A DNA stretch of 64,000 nt from Bacteroidales bacterium. Its GTDB lineage: Bacteria; Bacteroidota; Bacteroidia; Bacteroidales; Prolixibacteraceae. Both the position numbers and the translations under genes were made by a program. Below the pieces are notes generated by a model. The model saw nothing but the letters and a program-made list of their open reading frames with translations, did no database searches and was not told the origin of the DNA. Shown here piece after piece: positions 28,528-39,792 of this stretch. Each line of letters begins with the position of its first letter. Within the stretch, counting starts at the first letter, position 1. Where the stretch lies: the NCBI GenBank assembly GCA_038251165.1, contig JBBSBP010000016.1, positions 8,652 through 72,651 on the forward strand, in the 5' to 3' direction.

Positions 28528-29808
28528 ATGGAAATCCTGAATTATATACCGGAAGGATTCGTTAAATTTTCCCTGGTACTTGTTTTCTCGCTGCTCATTG
28601 GCCTTGAACAACGACGGCATCACCTCAACGAAAACGAAGACCTGTTGTTTGGCACCGATCGTACATTCACCTTTATCGGCTTACTGGCCTATGTGTTGTT
28701 TATAGCCGACCAGGTAAACTATATTCCCTTCCTGACCGGATTTATTCTGATTGGCATTTTGCTGAGCATTCAGTATTTTCATAAAATCGGACAACATGGT
28801 CAATACGGACTGACCAGCACCATGCTGGCCCTTCTGACATATTGTATTCCTATCATGGTTTTTACCCAGCCCGTATGGCTGGTTTTGTCTTTTATTGTCG
28901 CATTACTGGTAATCACCGAGTTGAAAAATCACTTCATAACCCTATCGAAAAAAGCTTCGGAAGAAGAGTTTATCACTTTAGCCAAGTTTATAGCTTTCGC
29001 CGGAATAATCCTGCCACTACTCCCCGAAGCCAATATCTCTCAACATATACCAATTTCACCCTATCATCTTTGGTTGGCTATCGTAGTGGTTTCGGGTATT
29101 TCTTACGCCAGTTACCTGCTTAAAAAATTCGTTTTTCCTGATTCAGGAATATTACTTACCGGACTGTTAGTCGGTTTATACAGCAGCACTGCGACTACAA
29201 TTATTCTTGCCCGGCAGGAAAAACAGGGATCGACCGGTTCTCAGACTGTATCAGCCATTATGATTGCCAATGGAATGATGTATCTGCGTATTCTCTTCCT
29301 GGCTTTTATTTTCAACACTCAGGTAGCGACACAGTTGTCTGTTCCTTTTATGGCCATGTTCCTGCTTTCTCTCGGCTTGTCCAGATTCTCCTCTGGAAGA
29401 AGTAAAAAAAACCTCACAGAAGAAATTCAGGAAGGTCAATTGGTTTCGAATAAAAATCCGCTGGAATTTAAAACGGCAGCAATTTTTGGAATATTATTCG
29501 TGGTTTTTGCCCTGATTACTGATTTTGTTTTAAAGAGCTACGGAAGTGCCGGTATTACTGGATTGGCCTTTGTTGTCGGAGTAACCGACATTGATCCATT
29601 TTTGCTCAACCTTCTTCAGCATAAAGCCGGAATCGGGCTAATAACAATTGTACTTGCGATTCTGAATGCAACCAACAGCAACAACATCCTGAAAATGATT
29701 TATGCTCTTTCATTAAGCAGTAAGAATATCCGTAAAGGCTTAATCGTTAATTTTTCAGTACTTATTGCTGCCGGACTAATAATGTCAATAATCTTTTATC
29801 TAATTTAG
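28528..29808 (+). CDS. MgtC/SapB-DUF4010 integral membrane protein
   Basis: LIGLEQR..GTDRTF, YGLTS, ILPLLP, WLAIVVVSGISYASY, GLYSSTATT, NPLEF, GVTDIDP. Confidence 0.85.
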   Translation: MEILNYIPEGFVKFSLVLVFSLLIGLEQRRHHLNENEDLLFGTDRTFTFIGLLAYVLFIADQVNYIPFLTGFILIGILLSIQYFHKIGQHGQYGLTSTMLALLTYCIPIMVFTQPVWLVLSFIVALLVITELKNHFITLSKKASEEEFITLAKFIAFAGIILPLLPEANISQHIPISPYHLWLAIVVVSGISYASYLLKKFVFPDSGILLTGLLVGLYSSTATTIILARQEKQGSTGSQTVSAIMIANGMMYLRILFLAFIFNTQVATQLSVPFMAMFLLSLGLSRFSSGRSKKNLTEEIQEGQLVSNKNPLEFKTAAIFGILFVVFALITDFVLKSYGSAGITGLAFVVGVTDIDPFLLNLLQHKAGIGLITIVLAILNATNSNNILKMIYALSLSSKNIRKGLIVNFSVLIAAGLIMSIIFYLI

Positions 29809-29826
29809 CCCGATATTTTAGCGAAC

Positions 29827-31344
29827 ATGAACAGATATACGAAGTACCCGATGAACATGAAAACTACACACTACAAAAATATTCTTTGGCTTTCCCTTTT
29901 GGCAATCATTCTGTTTACAGCCTGTCGCAAGGACGAAGAAGTCATACCCGTTGCCATTCCTCCGGCAACTGATGTAAACACGTTCATATTTAAAGGATTG
30001 CGTGATTATTATTTATGGAACAATCAGGTAACTACATTATCATCAACCAGGTATGAAAACACCGACACGTTGAATCTGTTACTGAATAAATATACTGATC
30101 CGCAAGCCCTTTTTACCAGCTTATTATACCAATACAAGGTGGTTGATAAGTGGTCGTTTCTGGTTGACAACTCCAAGACTATCGATGACTGGATAAGTGG
30201 CATTTCAAAAAGTATGGGATATGACTTTATGCTTGGGCGAATTGGCGATTCAGATAACCTGTTCGCATTTGTCCGGTATGTATACAAGGGCTCTCCGGCT
30301 GAAATAGCCGGACTAAAACGCGGGGATATTTTTCTGACTGTAAACGGTGTGCAACTTACAGTTTCCAACTATCAGACTTTATTGTTTGCAACCGAAACTT
30401 ATAAACTGGGATTTGCTACCATCATCAACAGAACCATAGTACCCAACGACAGAACCATGTCGATGACTGCCATTGAGATACAGGAGAACCCAATAAGTAT
30501 GGACACTATCTTCACCGTCAACAATCAAAAAATCGGGTACCTGGTTTACAATGGATTTAATTCAGACTTCGATATCGAATTGAATGATGTGATTAAACGA
30601 TTCAAGGAGGCGAATATTGACCAGATGATTCTGGATTTACGCTATAACGGTGGCGGATCGGTACAAAGCAGCATTTATCTGGCCAGTATGCTTTATGGAA
30701 CCGACGGGACCAGGGTATTTGCCAAAAGCCAGTACAACAAAGATCTGCAGGCCTATTTTGTTCAAGCCTACGGAGTTGAATCCCTTTCCGACAACTTTGT
30801 AAGTGCCATGGAAAAAACCGATAAATATCCTGCAACGCCCATCAATACACTCAATCTTCAAAAAATCCACATAATTGTTTCCGATGATACTGCTTCAGCC
30901 AGTGAATTGTTGGTTAACGGACTAAGACCATATATGAAAGTCACTGTTGTAGGAATTAATACAGTCGGTAAATATACCGGCTCCATGACTATCAAAGACT
31001 GGGATGATCAGGGTGTTGTCAATCCAAGTCACACCTGGGCAATGCAACCAATTGTGGTTAAATATGCCAATTCGGCCGGTGTAACCGATTATGTGGATGG
31101 ATTATCACCTGACATCCGGGCAGAGGAAGACATTGCCAATCTTTTGCCTTTCGGCGATCCAAACGAAAAATTGCTCAGCGTTGTTCTGGCTGATATCAAA
31201 GGTCTCCCGGTTACCGCGATGGTCTTGAAATCGGCTCAAATCGGGTTGAAAAAAGTTGCAGGCAGCCGGGATTTCAAACCATTTGCAAATGAAATGTATA
31301 TCAACACGCTGCCTAAACGGCATCAGAAATCCGGTTCTGAATAA
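29827..31344 (+). CDS. S41 family peptidase lipoprotein with PDZ domain
   Basis: FTAC lipobox; GSPAEIAGLKRGD (PDZ); LDLRYNGGG, TASASE, TVGK. Confidence 0.9.
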   Translation: MNRYTKYPMNMKTTHYKNILWLSLLAIILFTACRKDEEVIPVAIPPATDVNTFIFKGLRDYYLWNNQVTTLSSTRYENTDTLNLLLNKYTDPQALFTSLLYQYKVVDKWSFLVDNSKTIDDWISGISKSMGYDFMLGRIGDSDNLFAFVRYVYKGSPAEIAGLKRGDIFLTVNGVQLTVSNYQTLLFATETYKLGFATIINRTIVPNDRTMSMTAIEIQENPISMDTIFTVNNQKIGYLVYNGFNSDFDIELNDVIKRFKEANIDQMILDLRYNGGGSVQSSIYLASMLYGTDGTRVFAKSQYNKDLQAYFVQAYGVESLSDNFVSAMEKTDKYPATPINTLNLQKIHIIVSDDTASASELLVNGLRPYMKVTVVGINTVGKYTGSMTIKDWDDQGVVNPSHTWAMQPIVVKYANSAGVTDYVDGLSPDIRAEEDIANLLPFGDPNEKLLSVVLADIKGLPVTAMVLKSAQIGLKKVAGSRDFKPFANEMYINTLPKRHQKSGSE

Positions 31345-31631
31345 ACGTTATTTTGAACTTCGGATTTCTTAACTGAGTTTTAGTCATCTGCAGAGTTATA
31401 TCGATTCGGTTCAAACGCTTGCCAATGAAGCACAGGTTCGGCATTACACCAAATGGAATAAATAAGTTCGCATTCATTTGGCCGGGAAACAGCAGAAAAG
31501 TTCGAAACTGATCGTTCAGTAATAAGGTAATTTCAGTTTAGTACAGCCACGGTCAGGCTAATTGGGTAAAGTTTTAGGTCATTCATTTCCAATTCGCTAT
31601 ATTCAGGCCTGCAAACCTAAATCCGACGACT

Positions 31632-32510
31632 ATGAAAAAACTATTGCTGATAGTACCTTTCCTTTTGCTGATCTTTTCGCTTCAGGCCCAACAACTTCCA
31701 TACAGACTCGAAGAATTGACTGCACCTGATTTTATCAAAGCTGTTGAAAAATCATCGAAAACCTGCATCCTGCCCATTGGAGTATTCGAAAAACACGGTC
31801 CTCATCTGCCTTTGGGAACCGATTTATACACTGCACGCGAATTTGCCCTGCGCGCTGCCGAGAAAGAATATACAGTGGTATTTCCATGGTATTATTTCAG
31901 CCAGATTAACGAGGCGAAACACCAGCCCGGGACTATTGCTTACAGCCCCGAACTGATATGGAAGGCTCTTCAGGAAACCCTGGACGAACTTGCCCGCAAT
32001 GGATTTGAAAAAATAATCATCGTGAATGGACATGGGGGGAACAATGCTTTTTTAAACTTCTTCGGAATGGCCCAGTTATCAGAACAACGCGCCTACAGTA
32101 TCTATTGGTTTCAACCATCCGACGATCCTGAAGTGGTAAAAAAAGCAGAGGAACTGACGCAGCACGATCCGTACAATGCTCACGCCGGCAACGAAGAATC
32201 TTCGGTAATAAAAGCCATTGTACCGGATATTGTTCATCTTGAACGAGCCGGCCAGCAATCCGGTATCGACCAGGACCGACTGAAAAACCTGCCCAATGTG
32301 TATACCGGAATCTGGTGGTATGCCAGCTATCCAAATCACTATGGAGGCGTCGGAACCAAAGCAAATGCGAAAGCAGGCGAATTACTGATCAGTTCAACAG
32401 TCGATCAGCTGGTAAAAATGATTCAGGCCGTGAAAAAAGATGAAATGGTGCCTGCACTTCAGAAACAATTCTTTGATGAATCGGAAAATCCCTTAAAAAC
32501 GAAACAATAG
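31632..32510 (+). CDS. Creatininase/creatinine amidohydrolase family protein with signal peptide
   Basis: PIGVFEKHGPHLPLGTD, NGHGGN, HAGNEES motifs. Confidence 0.88.
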   Translation: MKKLLLIVPFLLLIFSLQAQQLPYRLEELTAPDFIKAVEKSSKTCILPIGVFEKHGPHLPLGTDLYTAREFALRAAEKEYTVVFPWYYFSQINEAKHQPGTIAYSPELIWKALQETLDELARNGFEKIIIVNGHGGNNAFLNFFGMAQLSEQRAYSIYWFQPSDDPEVVKKAEELTQHDPYNAHAGNEESSVIKAIVPDIVHLERAGQQSGIDQDRLKNLPNVYTGIWWYASYPNHYGGVGTKANAKAGELLISSTVDQLVKMIQAVKKDEMVPALQKQFFDESENPLKTKQ

Positions 32511-32518
32511 CTGCATCA

Positions 32519-32815
32519 TCAGGAAATTTTACTAAACCATTTCTGAAAATAGACACCAAGAAAGGGAACCTGGTATTCCATTTTTTTAATTGAACCTACA
32601 AAACTGAATATCCAGAAAACGAAGATAAATCCCCAGGCGATAATATAATAATCAGGAATTAACCGCGTAAGAAAAAAACAGATAAAAAGACCCAGCGACT
32701 GTCTCAAATAAAAACTGGTCAGCGAATCTTTATTCATGTTATTTAAAACCAGGGCGACCAACCATCCGACCGGGGTCAGGTGTGCAAGCATCGATTTCAA
32801 TTTCGGATCCATCAC
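32519..32815 (-). CDS. Small membrane protein (DUF4870-like)
   Basis: LAHLTPVGWLVALVLN, FYLRQSLGL, VPFLG..FQKWF. Confidence 0.7.
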   Translation of the reverse strand: MMDPKLKSMLAHLTPVGWLVALVLNNMNKDSLTSFYLRQSLGLFICFFLTRLIPDYYIIAWGFIFVFWIFSFVGSIKKMEYQVPFLGVYFQKWFSKIS

Positions 32816-32846
32816 AAATATGTTTTAATTGATTTCAGAAGGCAAT

Positions 32847-33758
32847 TTACAAAAAGAAAATCGCGACACCGCCAACGGTAATTACAGCCCCGATAATTTC
32901 CTTCCAGTTTACCTTCTCATGAAAGAAAATGATCGCCGGCGGAATAATCAGAACCGGTACAATCGACATGATCGTTGCAGCAATGCCAGCCTGGGTATTC
33001 TGAATGGCGAGCAGCGAAAAAGAAACACCCAGGAACGGGCCGAAAACCGATCCCAGGGCAACCCTTTTCATGGCTGGTTTGTGTTGCAAGGCTTTCCATA
33101 TTTTTCCATATCGTTTTGTAAACAGGATAATGACTGCAAAACCAACCATCCCGGTAATTACCCGGATCTGGGAAGCGGCAAAGGCATCATAACCACCCAT
33201 TCCTTTTTTGCTTAACACAAGCCCTACCCCTTGTCCTACAGCTCCGCCAAATGCGAGTAAAATTCCCTTTATGCTGTAATTGGCTGAAATTTTATGCCTT
33301 TTTTTTGTGATGTCCGTATGCTTTTCACGTTTCAGAATAACGATGGAAATTCCGGTAAGGGTAACAATCATCCCCACCCAGTTCATCGGGCTCAATACTT
33401 CGCCCAGCATCAACCAGCTCACAAATGCAGTGATGGGAGGTGTTAAAGCCATAATCAGCATAGAGATACGCGCACCAACTACAACAAACGCCTGAAACAG
33501 GAGCAAGTCGCCGATCACGAACCCAACGATTCCCGATAAAGCCAGCCAGGCCCAGCGTTCTGCACCGGCATCGAGTGGTAAAATCATACCCCTGTGAAAA
33601 TAATTTACCACGCCATATATAAAGAACGCCAGAATCAAACGAATTAAATTGACCTGAAGTGAACCAATTTTTTTACCCGCCGATTCGAATGACATGCTGG
33701 TTACCGTCCAGAAAACTGCGGTAAGTAAAGCAGCGATCTCCCCTAAATAGTGCCCCAT
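32847..33758 (-). CDS. DMT/EamA family transporter
   Basis: Two EamA repeats, 10 TM helices. Confidence 0.9.
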   Translation of the reverse strand: MGHYLGEIAALLTAVFWTVTSMSFESAGKKIGSLQVNLIRLILAFFIYGVVNYFHRGMILPLDAGAERWAWLALSGIVGFVIGDLLLFQAFVVVGARISMLIMALTPPITAFVSWLMLGEVLSPMNWVGMIVTLTGISIVILKREKHTDITKKRHKISANYSIKGILLAFGGAVGQGVGLVLSKKGMGGYDAFAASQIRVITGMVGFAVIILFTKRYGKIWKALQHKPAMKRVALGSVFGPFLGVSFSLLAIQNTQAGIAATIMSIVPVLIIPPAIIFFHEKVNWKEIIGAVITVGGVAIFFL

Positions 33759-33900
33759 ATTTTTTTTGTGAAATTAAGGCACGAATATACGCTAATTTCC
33801 TGTGTTGAAATCATAAGCAAAAGAGCAAAGTGCAGAAAACCTCGGGAAATAAAAACCCAATATTCAGGTAATCCGGGCATTACAGTCTCACCGAACTTCC

Positions 33901-34290
33901 CTACTCCATATCGCTTAAATGGAGATCAAGGGCTTTTACCGAAATTTGAATTTCACGAATCGAAATCGACAAGGACAGGATCAGCAATACCAGCGCAATA
34001 CCAAAAAGTATTTCGGCCCAGATCTGATAATTCACATAAATCAAAAACATACAGGCCACACAAAGCAGAAGGCTGGAAATTCCCAATACCTGCATGGTTT
34101 GGGTTAAACGCAGACGTTTCCTGAGATTCTTAATCTGACCGAGCAGGAGTGAATTGGGTTTCTCCATGAAAGTAGCATGCAAATTTCGGACAACCGAAGC
34201 ATAAGCCAGAAACCGGTTGGTGTAGGCAAGCAAAATCAACGAAATAGCCGAAAACAACAATGCGGGTGTTGTAAGCGTTAATTGTTCCAT
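33901..34290 (-). CDS. DUF2721 family membrane protein
   Basis: TPALLFSAISLILLAYTNRFL, EIQISVKAL motifs. Confidence 0.8.
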   Translation of the reverse strand: MEQLTLTTPALLFSAISLILLAYTNRFLAYASVVRNLHATFMEKPNSLLLGQIKNLRKRLRLTQTMQVLGISSLLLCVACMFLIYVNYQIWAEILFGIALVLLILSLSISIREIQISVKALDLHLSDME

Positions 34291-34385
34291 GGTCTGAAAA
34301 ATTAAAAATCGGTTGCAGTAGCTGAATTATTATTAACAATTACAAAATAAAAGAAATAAATTTAAGATTTACAGCTTTCTGGAAT

Positions 34386-34418
34386 AAAAAAAAACCGGGA
34401 CAAATGGCCCGGCTCTTT
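34386..34418 (-). terminator. Terminator after asnB
   Basis: ccggg...cccgg stem with A9 on the left (U-tract on the minus strand). Confidence 0.65.
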
Positions 34419-34469
34419 GGTTTAAACAATATGTCTGAGAAAATTTATTCTAACCCCGGATGAAAATCT

Positions 34470-36143
34470 TCATTTCTTTTCATAGGCTTCCAGGTGGATA
34501 CTACCAACCGAACGGCCTGAAGGATCGGCATTATTTTTAAAACTGGCATCCCATTCCAGTGCAACTGGCGTACTGCATGCAATGGAGGGAACAGATGGCA
34601 CGCAGCTTGCTGCTGAATCAGACGGAAAATGTTCGGTAAAAATTGAACGGTAGAAATACTCTTCCTTCGACATCGGGGTATTGATAGGAAACCTGAATTT
34701 GGCTCTGCTCATTTTCTCCTCCGATACTTTCTCTTCAACCATGACCTTAAGTGAGTCAATCCAGTTGTACCCAACGCCATCAGAGAATTGTTCCTTTTGA
34801 CGCCATACTACACTTTCGGGTAAATAGTCCTCAAAAGCTTTGCGAATCACCCATTTTTCCATGCGTCCGTTTTTCGCCATTTTTTCTTCAGGATTAATCC
34901 GCATGGCCACATCCAAAAATTCTTTATCGAGAAATGGTACACGACCTTCAACTCCCCAGGCAGCCAGTGACTTGTTGGCGCGCAAACAATCGTACAAATG
35001 CAATTTGTCCAGTTTACGGACAGTTTCTTCATGGAAAGCCCTGGCATTTGGTGCTTTATGGAAATAAAGGTAACCACCGAAGATTTCATCGGCACCTTCG
35101 CCCGAAAGAACCATTTTGACACCCGATGACTTGATCACCCTGGCCAGCAGATACATTGGAGTAGAAGCCCTGATTGTTGTCACATCATAGGTTTCCAGGT
35201 GATAGATCACATCACGAATAGCATCCATTCCTTCCTGAACTGTAAAATGAATCTGGTGGTGCACAGTTCCGATATGATCGGCAACTTTTTTGGCTGCAGC
35301 CAGATCGGGTGAACCAATCAGGCCAACAGCAAACGAGTGAAGCTGGGGCCAGTAAGCCTGTTCTGAATCCTGGGATTCAATTCGAAAAGCAGCATATTTT
35401 TTGGCAATAGCTGAAATAACAGATGAATCAAGTCCGCCTGAAAGCAATACTCCATAAGGAACATCCGACATCATCTGGCGATGTACAGCATCTTCGAGTG
35501 CCTTACGCAAAACGTCAATATCAAAACCATTGTCTTTCACCGAATCAAACGATTGCCATTCCCGATTATACCATGTTTTCACCTCGCCATCAGCACTGTA
35601 TAGGTATTTTCCCGGCAAAAACTCTTCAATTTTGCTGCAATAGCCTTCGAGTGATTTAAGCTCAGATGCCACATAATAATTGCCATCTTTATCCCAACCC
35701 TGATAAAGCGGAATAATACCGATGTGGTCACGGGCAATCAGATAAACATCTTTTTCCTGATCGTACAAGGCAAAAGCGAAAATTCCATTCAGATCTTCCA
35801 GAAAATCAATGCCTTTTTCACGATACAATGCCAGAATAATCTCACAATCAGAATGTGTCATAAACTCGTATGAATCACCCATCCGGTTTCGGATTTCCAT
35901 GTGATTATATATTTCACCGTTAACGGCCAATACCAGTTTACCATCTTTACTGTACAAAGGTTGACCTCCCGATTCAGGGTCAACAATCGACAAGCGTTCG
36001 TGAGCAAGAATAGCCTTGTCGCATGAAAAAACACCCGACCAATCCGGGCCACGATGACGAATTTTCTTCGACATTTTTAATACCTGGGGACGCAGTTCCT
36101 GCGCCGGCACCTTTAAATCAAATACACCTACAAATCCACACAT
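34470..36143 (-). CDS. asnB: Asparagine synthase B (glutamine-hydrolysing)
   Basis: MCG Ntn N-terminus, RHRGPD, NGEIYNH, LLSGGLDSS, SGEGADEIFGGY, RVPFLD. Confidence 0.97.
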   Translation of the reverse strand: MCGFVGVFDLKVPAQELRPQVLKMSKKIRHRGPDWSGVFSCDKAILAHERLSIVDPESGGQPLYSKDGKLVLAVNGEIYNHMEIRNRMGDSYEFMTHSDCEIILALYREKGIDFLEDLNGIFAFALYDQEKDVYLIARDHIGIIPLYQGWDKDGNYYVASELKSLEGYCSKIEEFLPGKYLYSADGEVKTWYNREWQSFDSVKDNGFDIDVLRKALEDAVHRQMMSDVPYGVLLSGGLDSSVISAIAKKYAAFRIESQDSEQAYWPQLHSFAVGLIGSPDLAAAKKVADHIGTVHHQIHFTVQEGMDAIRDVIYHLETYDVTTIRASTPMYLLARVIKSSGVKMVLSGEGADEIFGGYLYFHKAPNARAFHEETVRKLDKLHLYDCLRANKSLAAWGVEGRVPFLDKEFLDVAMRINPEEKMAKNGRMEKWVIRKAFEDYLPESVVWRQKEQFSDGVGYNWIDSLKVMVEEKVSEEKMSRAKFRFPINTPMSKEEYFYRSIFTEHFPSDSAASCVPSVPSIACSTPVALEWDASFKNNADPSGRSVGSIHLEAYEKK

Positions 36144-36460
36144 ACTATTTTGGGTTTTAAATAATTCTGATCATTAATCTGGTTTCAAAAATAGTCATTT
36201 TGGTTAATTCCGGAAAGATTATCTGACATTTTTCTTTTTTATGCGATATTTTCTGTCAATTGAATCAATTTTACATCAATTTTAAAACCTATTAAAAATT
36301 AATTTAAAATTTCACCCCCCAGTAAAATCACTGCTTTCGCAAAATAAATAAGATTTTCAGTCAGATCCCCATGATTCAGGATCCTAAACAATTAAAAATC
36401 CGATGAGTTTTCAGAATATACCCATTCCTGAGATTTTAACAAAAAATTATTGCTGAAAAG

Positions 36461-36492
36461 TAAAAAGGCAGCCAAATCTGACTGCCTTTTTA
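36461..36492. terminator. Terminator after ychF
   Basis: taaaaaggcag...ctgccttttta. Confidence 0.8.
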
Positions 36493-36513
36493 TCTTTTTC
36501 TATAAAATCAGGA

Positions 36514-37614
36514 CTAAACGTTAAATCGAAAATGCATAATATCGCCATCCCGGACGACGTATTCTTTACCTTCAATACCAATTTTACCTGCTTCACGACA
36601 GGCAGCTTCCGATCCTAAACGAATGTATTCGTTGTATTTGATTACTTCTGCCCGGATGAAACCCTTTTCAAAATCAGAATGAATAATTCCGGCAGCCTGG
36701 GGCGCTTTTATTCCCCTGACATAGGTCCATGCACGGGTTTCATCAGCTCCGGTGGTAAAATAGGTTTCAAGGTTCAGTAACCGGTAAGCAGCATGAATCA
36801 GTTTATTCACACCCGGTTCCGTTAAACCCAGTTCTTCCAGAAACATTTGTTTTTCTTCGTATGCCTCCAATTCAGCAATATCTGATTCAGTTGCTGCAGC
36901 AATGACTAATATTTCAGCATTTTCGTCCTTCACAGCTTCCCGAACCATTTCAACATACCTGTTTCCGCTCCTGGCCGAACCTTCGTCAACATTACACGCG
37001 TATAAAACAGGTTTATTGGTAAGCAGGAAGAAATCCTGGGTAAGTTTCCTTTCTTCCGGAGTAAGTTCTACTGTACGGGCTGATTTGCATTGAATCAGCG
37101 CATCGCGGTAGCGTTGACTGATTTCGACTATCTTTTTGGCATTTTTATCAATGCCGTGTTTAGCTACTTTTTCCCATTTTGAAATTCGGGCTTCAACAGT
37201 TTCGAGGTCTTTCAGCTGTAACTCAATATCAACAACTTCCTTATCGCGAACCGGATTTATTGATCCATCAATATGAGTAATATTGTCATTATCAAAACAT
37301 CGTAATACATGAATGATTGCATCAGTCTCCCTGATATTGGCAAGAAACTGGTTCCCAAGACCTTCGCCCTTACTTGCCCCTTTAACCAGGCCGGCAATAT
37401 CAACAATTTCGATCGTCGTAGGAACAACTTTCCTGGGTTTATCAATCCGCTGAAGTTCAATCAACCGTTCGTCGGGAACAGTAATTACCCCAATATTGGG
37501 TTCGATAGTACAAAACGGAAAATTTGCCGATTGAGCTTTTGCGCTCGACAAACAATTGAACAAGGTTGACTTCCCAACATTCGGAAGTCCGACAATTCCA
37601 CACTTTAAAGCCAT
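36514..37614 (-). CDS. ychF: Ribosome-binding ATPase YchF
   Basis: GIVGLPNVGKST, NFPFCTIEPN, DIAGLVKGASKGEGLGNQFL, TGS domain. Confidence 0.98.
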   Translation of the reverse strand: MALKCGIVGLPNVGKSTLFNCLSSAKAQSANFPFCTIEPNIGVITVPDERLIELQRIDKPRKVVPTTIEIVDIAGLVKGASKGEGLGNQFLANIRETDAIIHVLRCFDNDNITHIDGSINPVRDKEVVDIELQLKDLETVEARISKWEKVAKHGIDKNAKKIVEISQRYRDALIQCKSARTVELTPEERKLTQDFFLLTNKPVLYACNVDEGSARSGNRYVEMVREAVKDENAEILVIAAATESDIAELEAYEEKQMFLEELGLTEPGVNKLIHAAYRLLNLETYFTTGADETRAWTYVRGIKAPQAAGIIHSDFEKGFIRAEVIKYNEYIRLGSEAACREAGKIGIEGKEYVVRDGDIMHFRFNV

Positions 37615-37692
37615 TCTTTTTTATCTTATAATTTTCGGTGCAAAGATAATCTATTCCGGAAACTATAATGCAATTATAATTTGAACAGAAAC

Positions 37693-39792
37693 TTAATTGC
37701 TGAAATATTCAATCGGAATTACAAAAGCAAAACGACTTCCCTTTCCTTCTTCGCTCTGAACAGTAATCTTTCCGTCATGCAGTTTAATGAATTCCCGGCA
37801 CAATTGTAATCCAAGTCCGGTACCGGATTCACCGTTGGTGCCATTTCGCTGCATTTGCGAATCAATTTCGAATAATTGATCCAGTTTGTTTTTAGGAATT
37901 CCGATTCCATGATCCAACACCCAAAACTCAAGCATGGCATCCGATTTTTTAAAGCCGATTTGTATTTTCTGACCGGCATGGGTATACTTGATCGCGTTTG
38001 AACACAAGTTTCGGATTACAGTAGTGATCATTTCCTTATCAGCAAATACTTTCAGGCGCTCTGCATGGTCTATCTCAAGTGATATAGCTTTTAAATCAGC
38101 CATAATATTCAGGTTATCAACATTCTCGCTAATCACATCGCTGATATAAAAATCCGACTTGTTAATTTTCAAATAACCTCCCTGTATCCTCGACCAGGCA
38201 AGGAGATTATCCAGCAACCTCAGATTATGATCAGATGCCTGGCAGGCCATTTGAATAAATTTTTTCCGTTTTTCATCAGTAAAATAATCGTACTCCTCGT
38301 GAAGCAGCTCTACCATATTAAATACAGTAACTACCGGGCTCCTCAGGTCGTGCGCGATGATCGAAAAAAACTTATCTTTTGAATTATTTAAGTTTACCAA
38401 CTCCTGATTGAGCTTTTCAAGATTATTGGATTGTTCCAAAATCTCTTCGTTTTTTTCCTTCAATAAATAACCAAGGTATTTTTCCTTTTTATAGCGTTGA
38501 TGGACAATAAGATTGTAGAATAATATTAACAGAATAAAACAAATGGCTCCGCCAATGATAAGATAACGAAATTTGCGATCCTGCCCGATTTTAAGGGAAA
38601 GAATCTGGTTGTCTTTGGCTTTCTCCATGGTTTTAACCAATACATCGACATTGGAAATTGCCGTAACAACCGAACGGTTATAAATTGAGTCGTTTATTGT
38701 TTTATAAGCTTTAAAAAACTCCAAAGCATCCCTGAATTTTCCAAGGCTGTAAAAAGCATCTGCTTTCAATTTTAACGAGCTTGCCTGTTCTGTCAAAATA
38801 ACTGATTTCGCTGCAACTTCATTCGCAGAATCTGCATAATCAATTGCCATGTCGTATTTCCTTTCTTCAAAATACCATTGTCCAATCCGGTTTAAAACGA
38901 TGGCCAGCCCAAGATCGTCATCGATACTTTTATAAACCGCTGCTGCCTTCACCAGAAATTGAAATTCATGTTCGGGATTACCGTTGTGATCTTCACAATC
39001 GGCCAGGATTAAAAAGACTTCAGCCTGCAGTATGCTGATTTCACGAAACTGAATATTTACAGCCGTACTTTCTTTTGTATTTTCCAGGTCTGTTGCCAAA
39101 GCCTTCAGTTCAGATTCAGCCTGCATATGATTGCCCTGACTGATTTTGAATTGACTGTAATACATGCGGGCATAAGCCAATTCAACCGGATTGCCCAATT
39201 TTTCGCGGTATTGCAGTCCCAATCTAAAAAAGGACTCAGCCTTTTCGTAATTTTTAAGCATACTGAATGCAGTTCCAATATTGATGGCAGCCAAACCAAT
39301 CCCGTCAGTATTTTCTGTTTGTACAAAAACATCAAGGGCCGATTGGTAAAATTCAATGGATTTACCATAATTGAACATGCCATCATAAGCATTCCCAATA
39401 GCAATGTTTATCCAACCGACATATGGTTTATATTCATCGGTTACAGCAAGTTCCATCGCCTTGTTCAGATTATTGAGCGCACCACCGAAAATGCCTTTTG
39501 TAATAAGGACCTCACCAACTTCCATATAAACATCAATCAAAGCCCAGTTTTTATGATATTTTTGAGCCTGAATAATGCTTCGGCTGGTCAATTCAAGGAA
39601 TAAATCGTAATCCGAATTTTTCACATACTGAATAAGCTCAAGGCGAGTGTTCAACATCGTATCAATCAGATTTTCGTGTTCCAGATTTGCAATAATATTC
39701 TGAAGGCTGTCGACTTGCTCATCGGCCTTTGATTGAGCTGTAATGCCCAAAAAAATGAATATCAGATAAACATAGAGGTATTTATGTCTCAT
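37693..39792 (-). CDS. TPR-containing sensor histidine kinase
   Basis: Signal peptide, TPR repeats, TM helix, FFSIIAHDLRSP H-box, NLCSNAIKY, DHGIGI, GTGLGL. Confidence 0.92.
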   Translation of the reverse strand: MRHKYLYVYLIFIFLGITAQSKADEQVDSLQNIIANLEHENLIDTMLNTRLELIQYVKNSDYDLFLELTSRSIIQAQKYHKNWALIDVYMEVGEVLITKGIFGGALNNLNKAMELAVTDEYKPYVGWINIAIGNAYDGMFNYGKSIEFYQSALDVFVQTENTDGIGLAAINIGTAFSMLKNYEKAESFFRLGLQYREKLGNPVELAYARMYYSQFKISQGNHMQAESELKALATDLENTKESTAVNIQFREISILQAEVFLILADCEDHNGNPEHEFQFLVKAAAVYKSIDDDLGLAIVLNRIGQWYFEERKYDMAIDYADSANEVAAKSVILTEQASSLKLKADAFYSLGKFRDALEFFKAYKTINDSIYNRSVVTAISNVDVLVKTMEKAKDNQILSLKIGQDRKFRYLIIGGAICFILLILFYNLIVHQRYKKEKYLGYLLKEKNEEILEQSNNLEKLNQELVNLNNSKDKFFSIIAHDLRSPVVTVFNMVELLHEEYDYFTDEKRKKFIQMACQASDHNLRLLDNLLAWSRIQGGYLKINKSDFYISDVISENVDNLNIMADLKAISLEIDHAERLKVFADKEMITTVIRNLCSNAIKYTHAGQKIQIGFKKSDAMLEFWVLDHGIGIPKNKLDQLFEIDSQMQRNGTNGESGTGLGLQLCREFIKLHDGKITVQSEEGKGSRFAFVIPIEYFSN

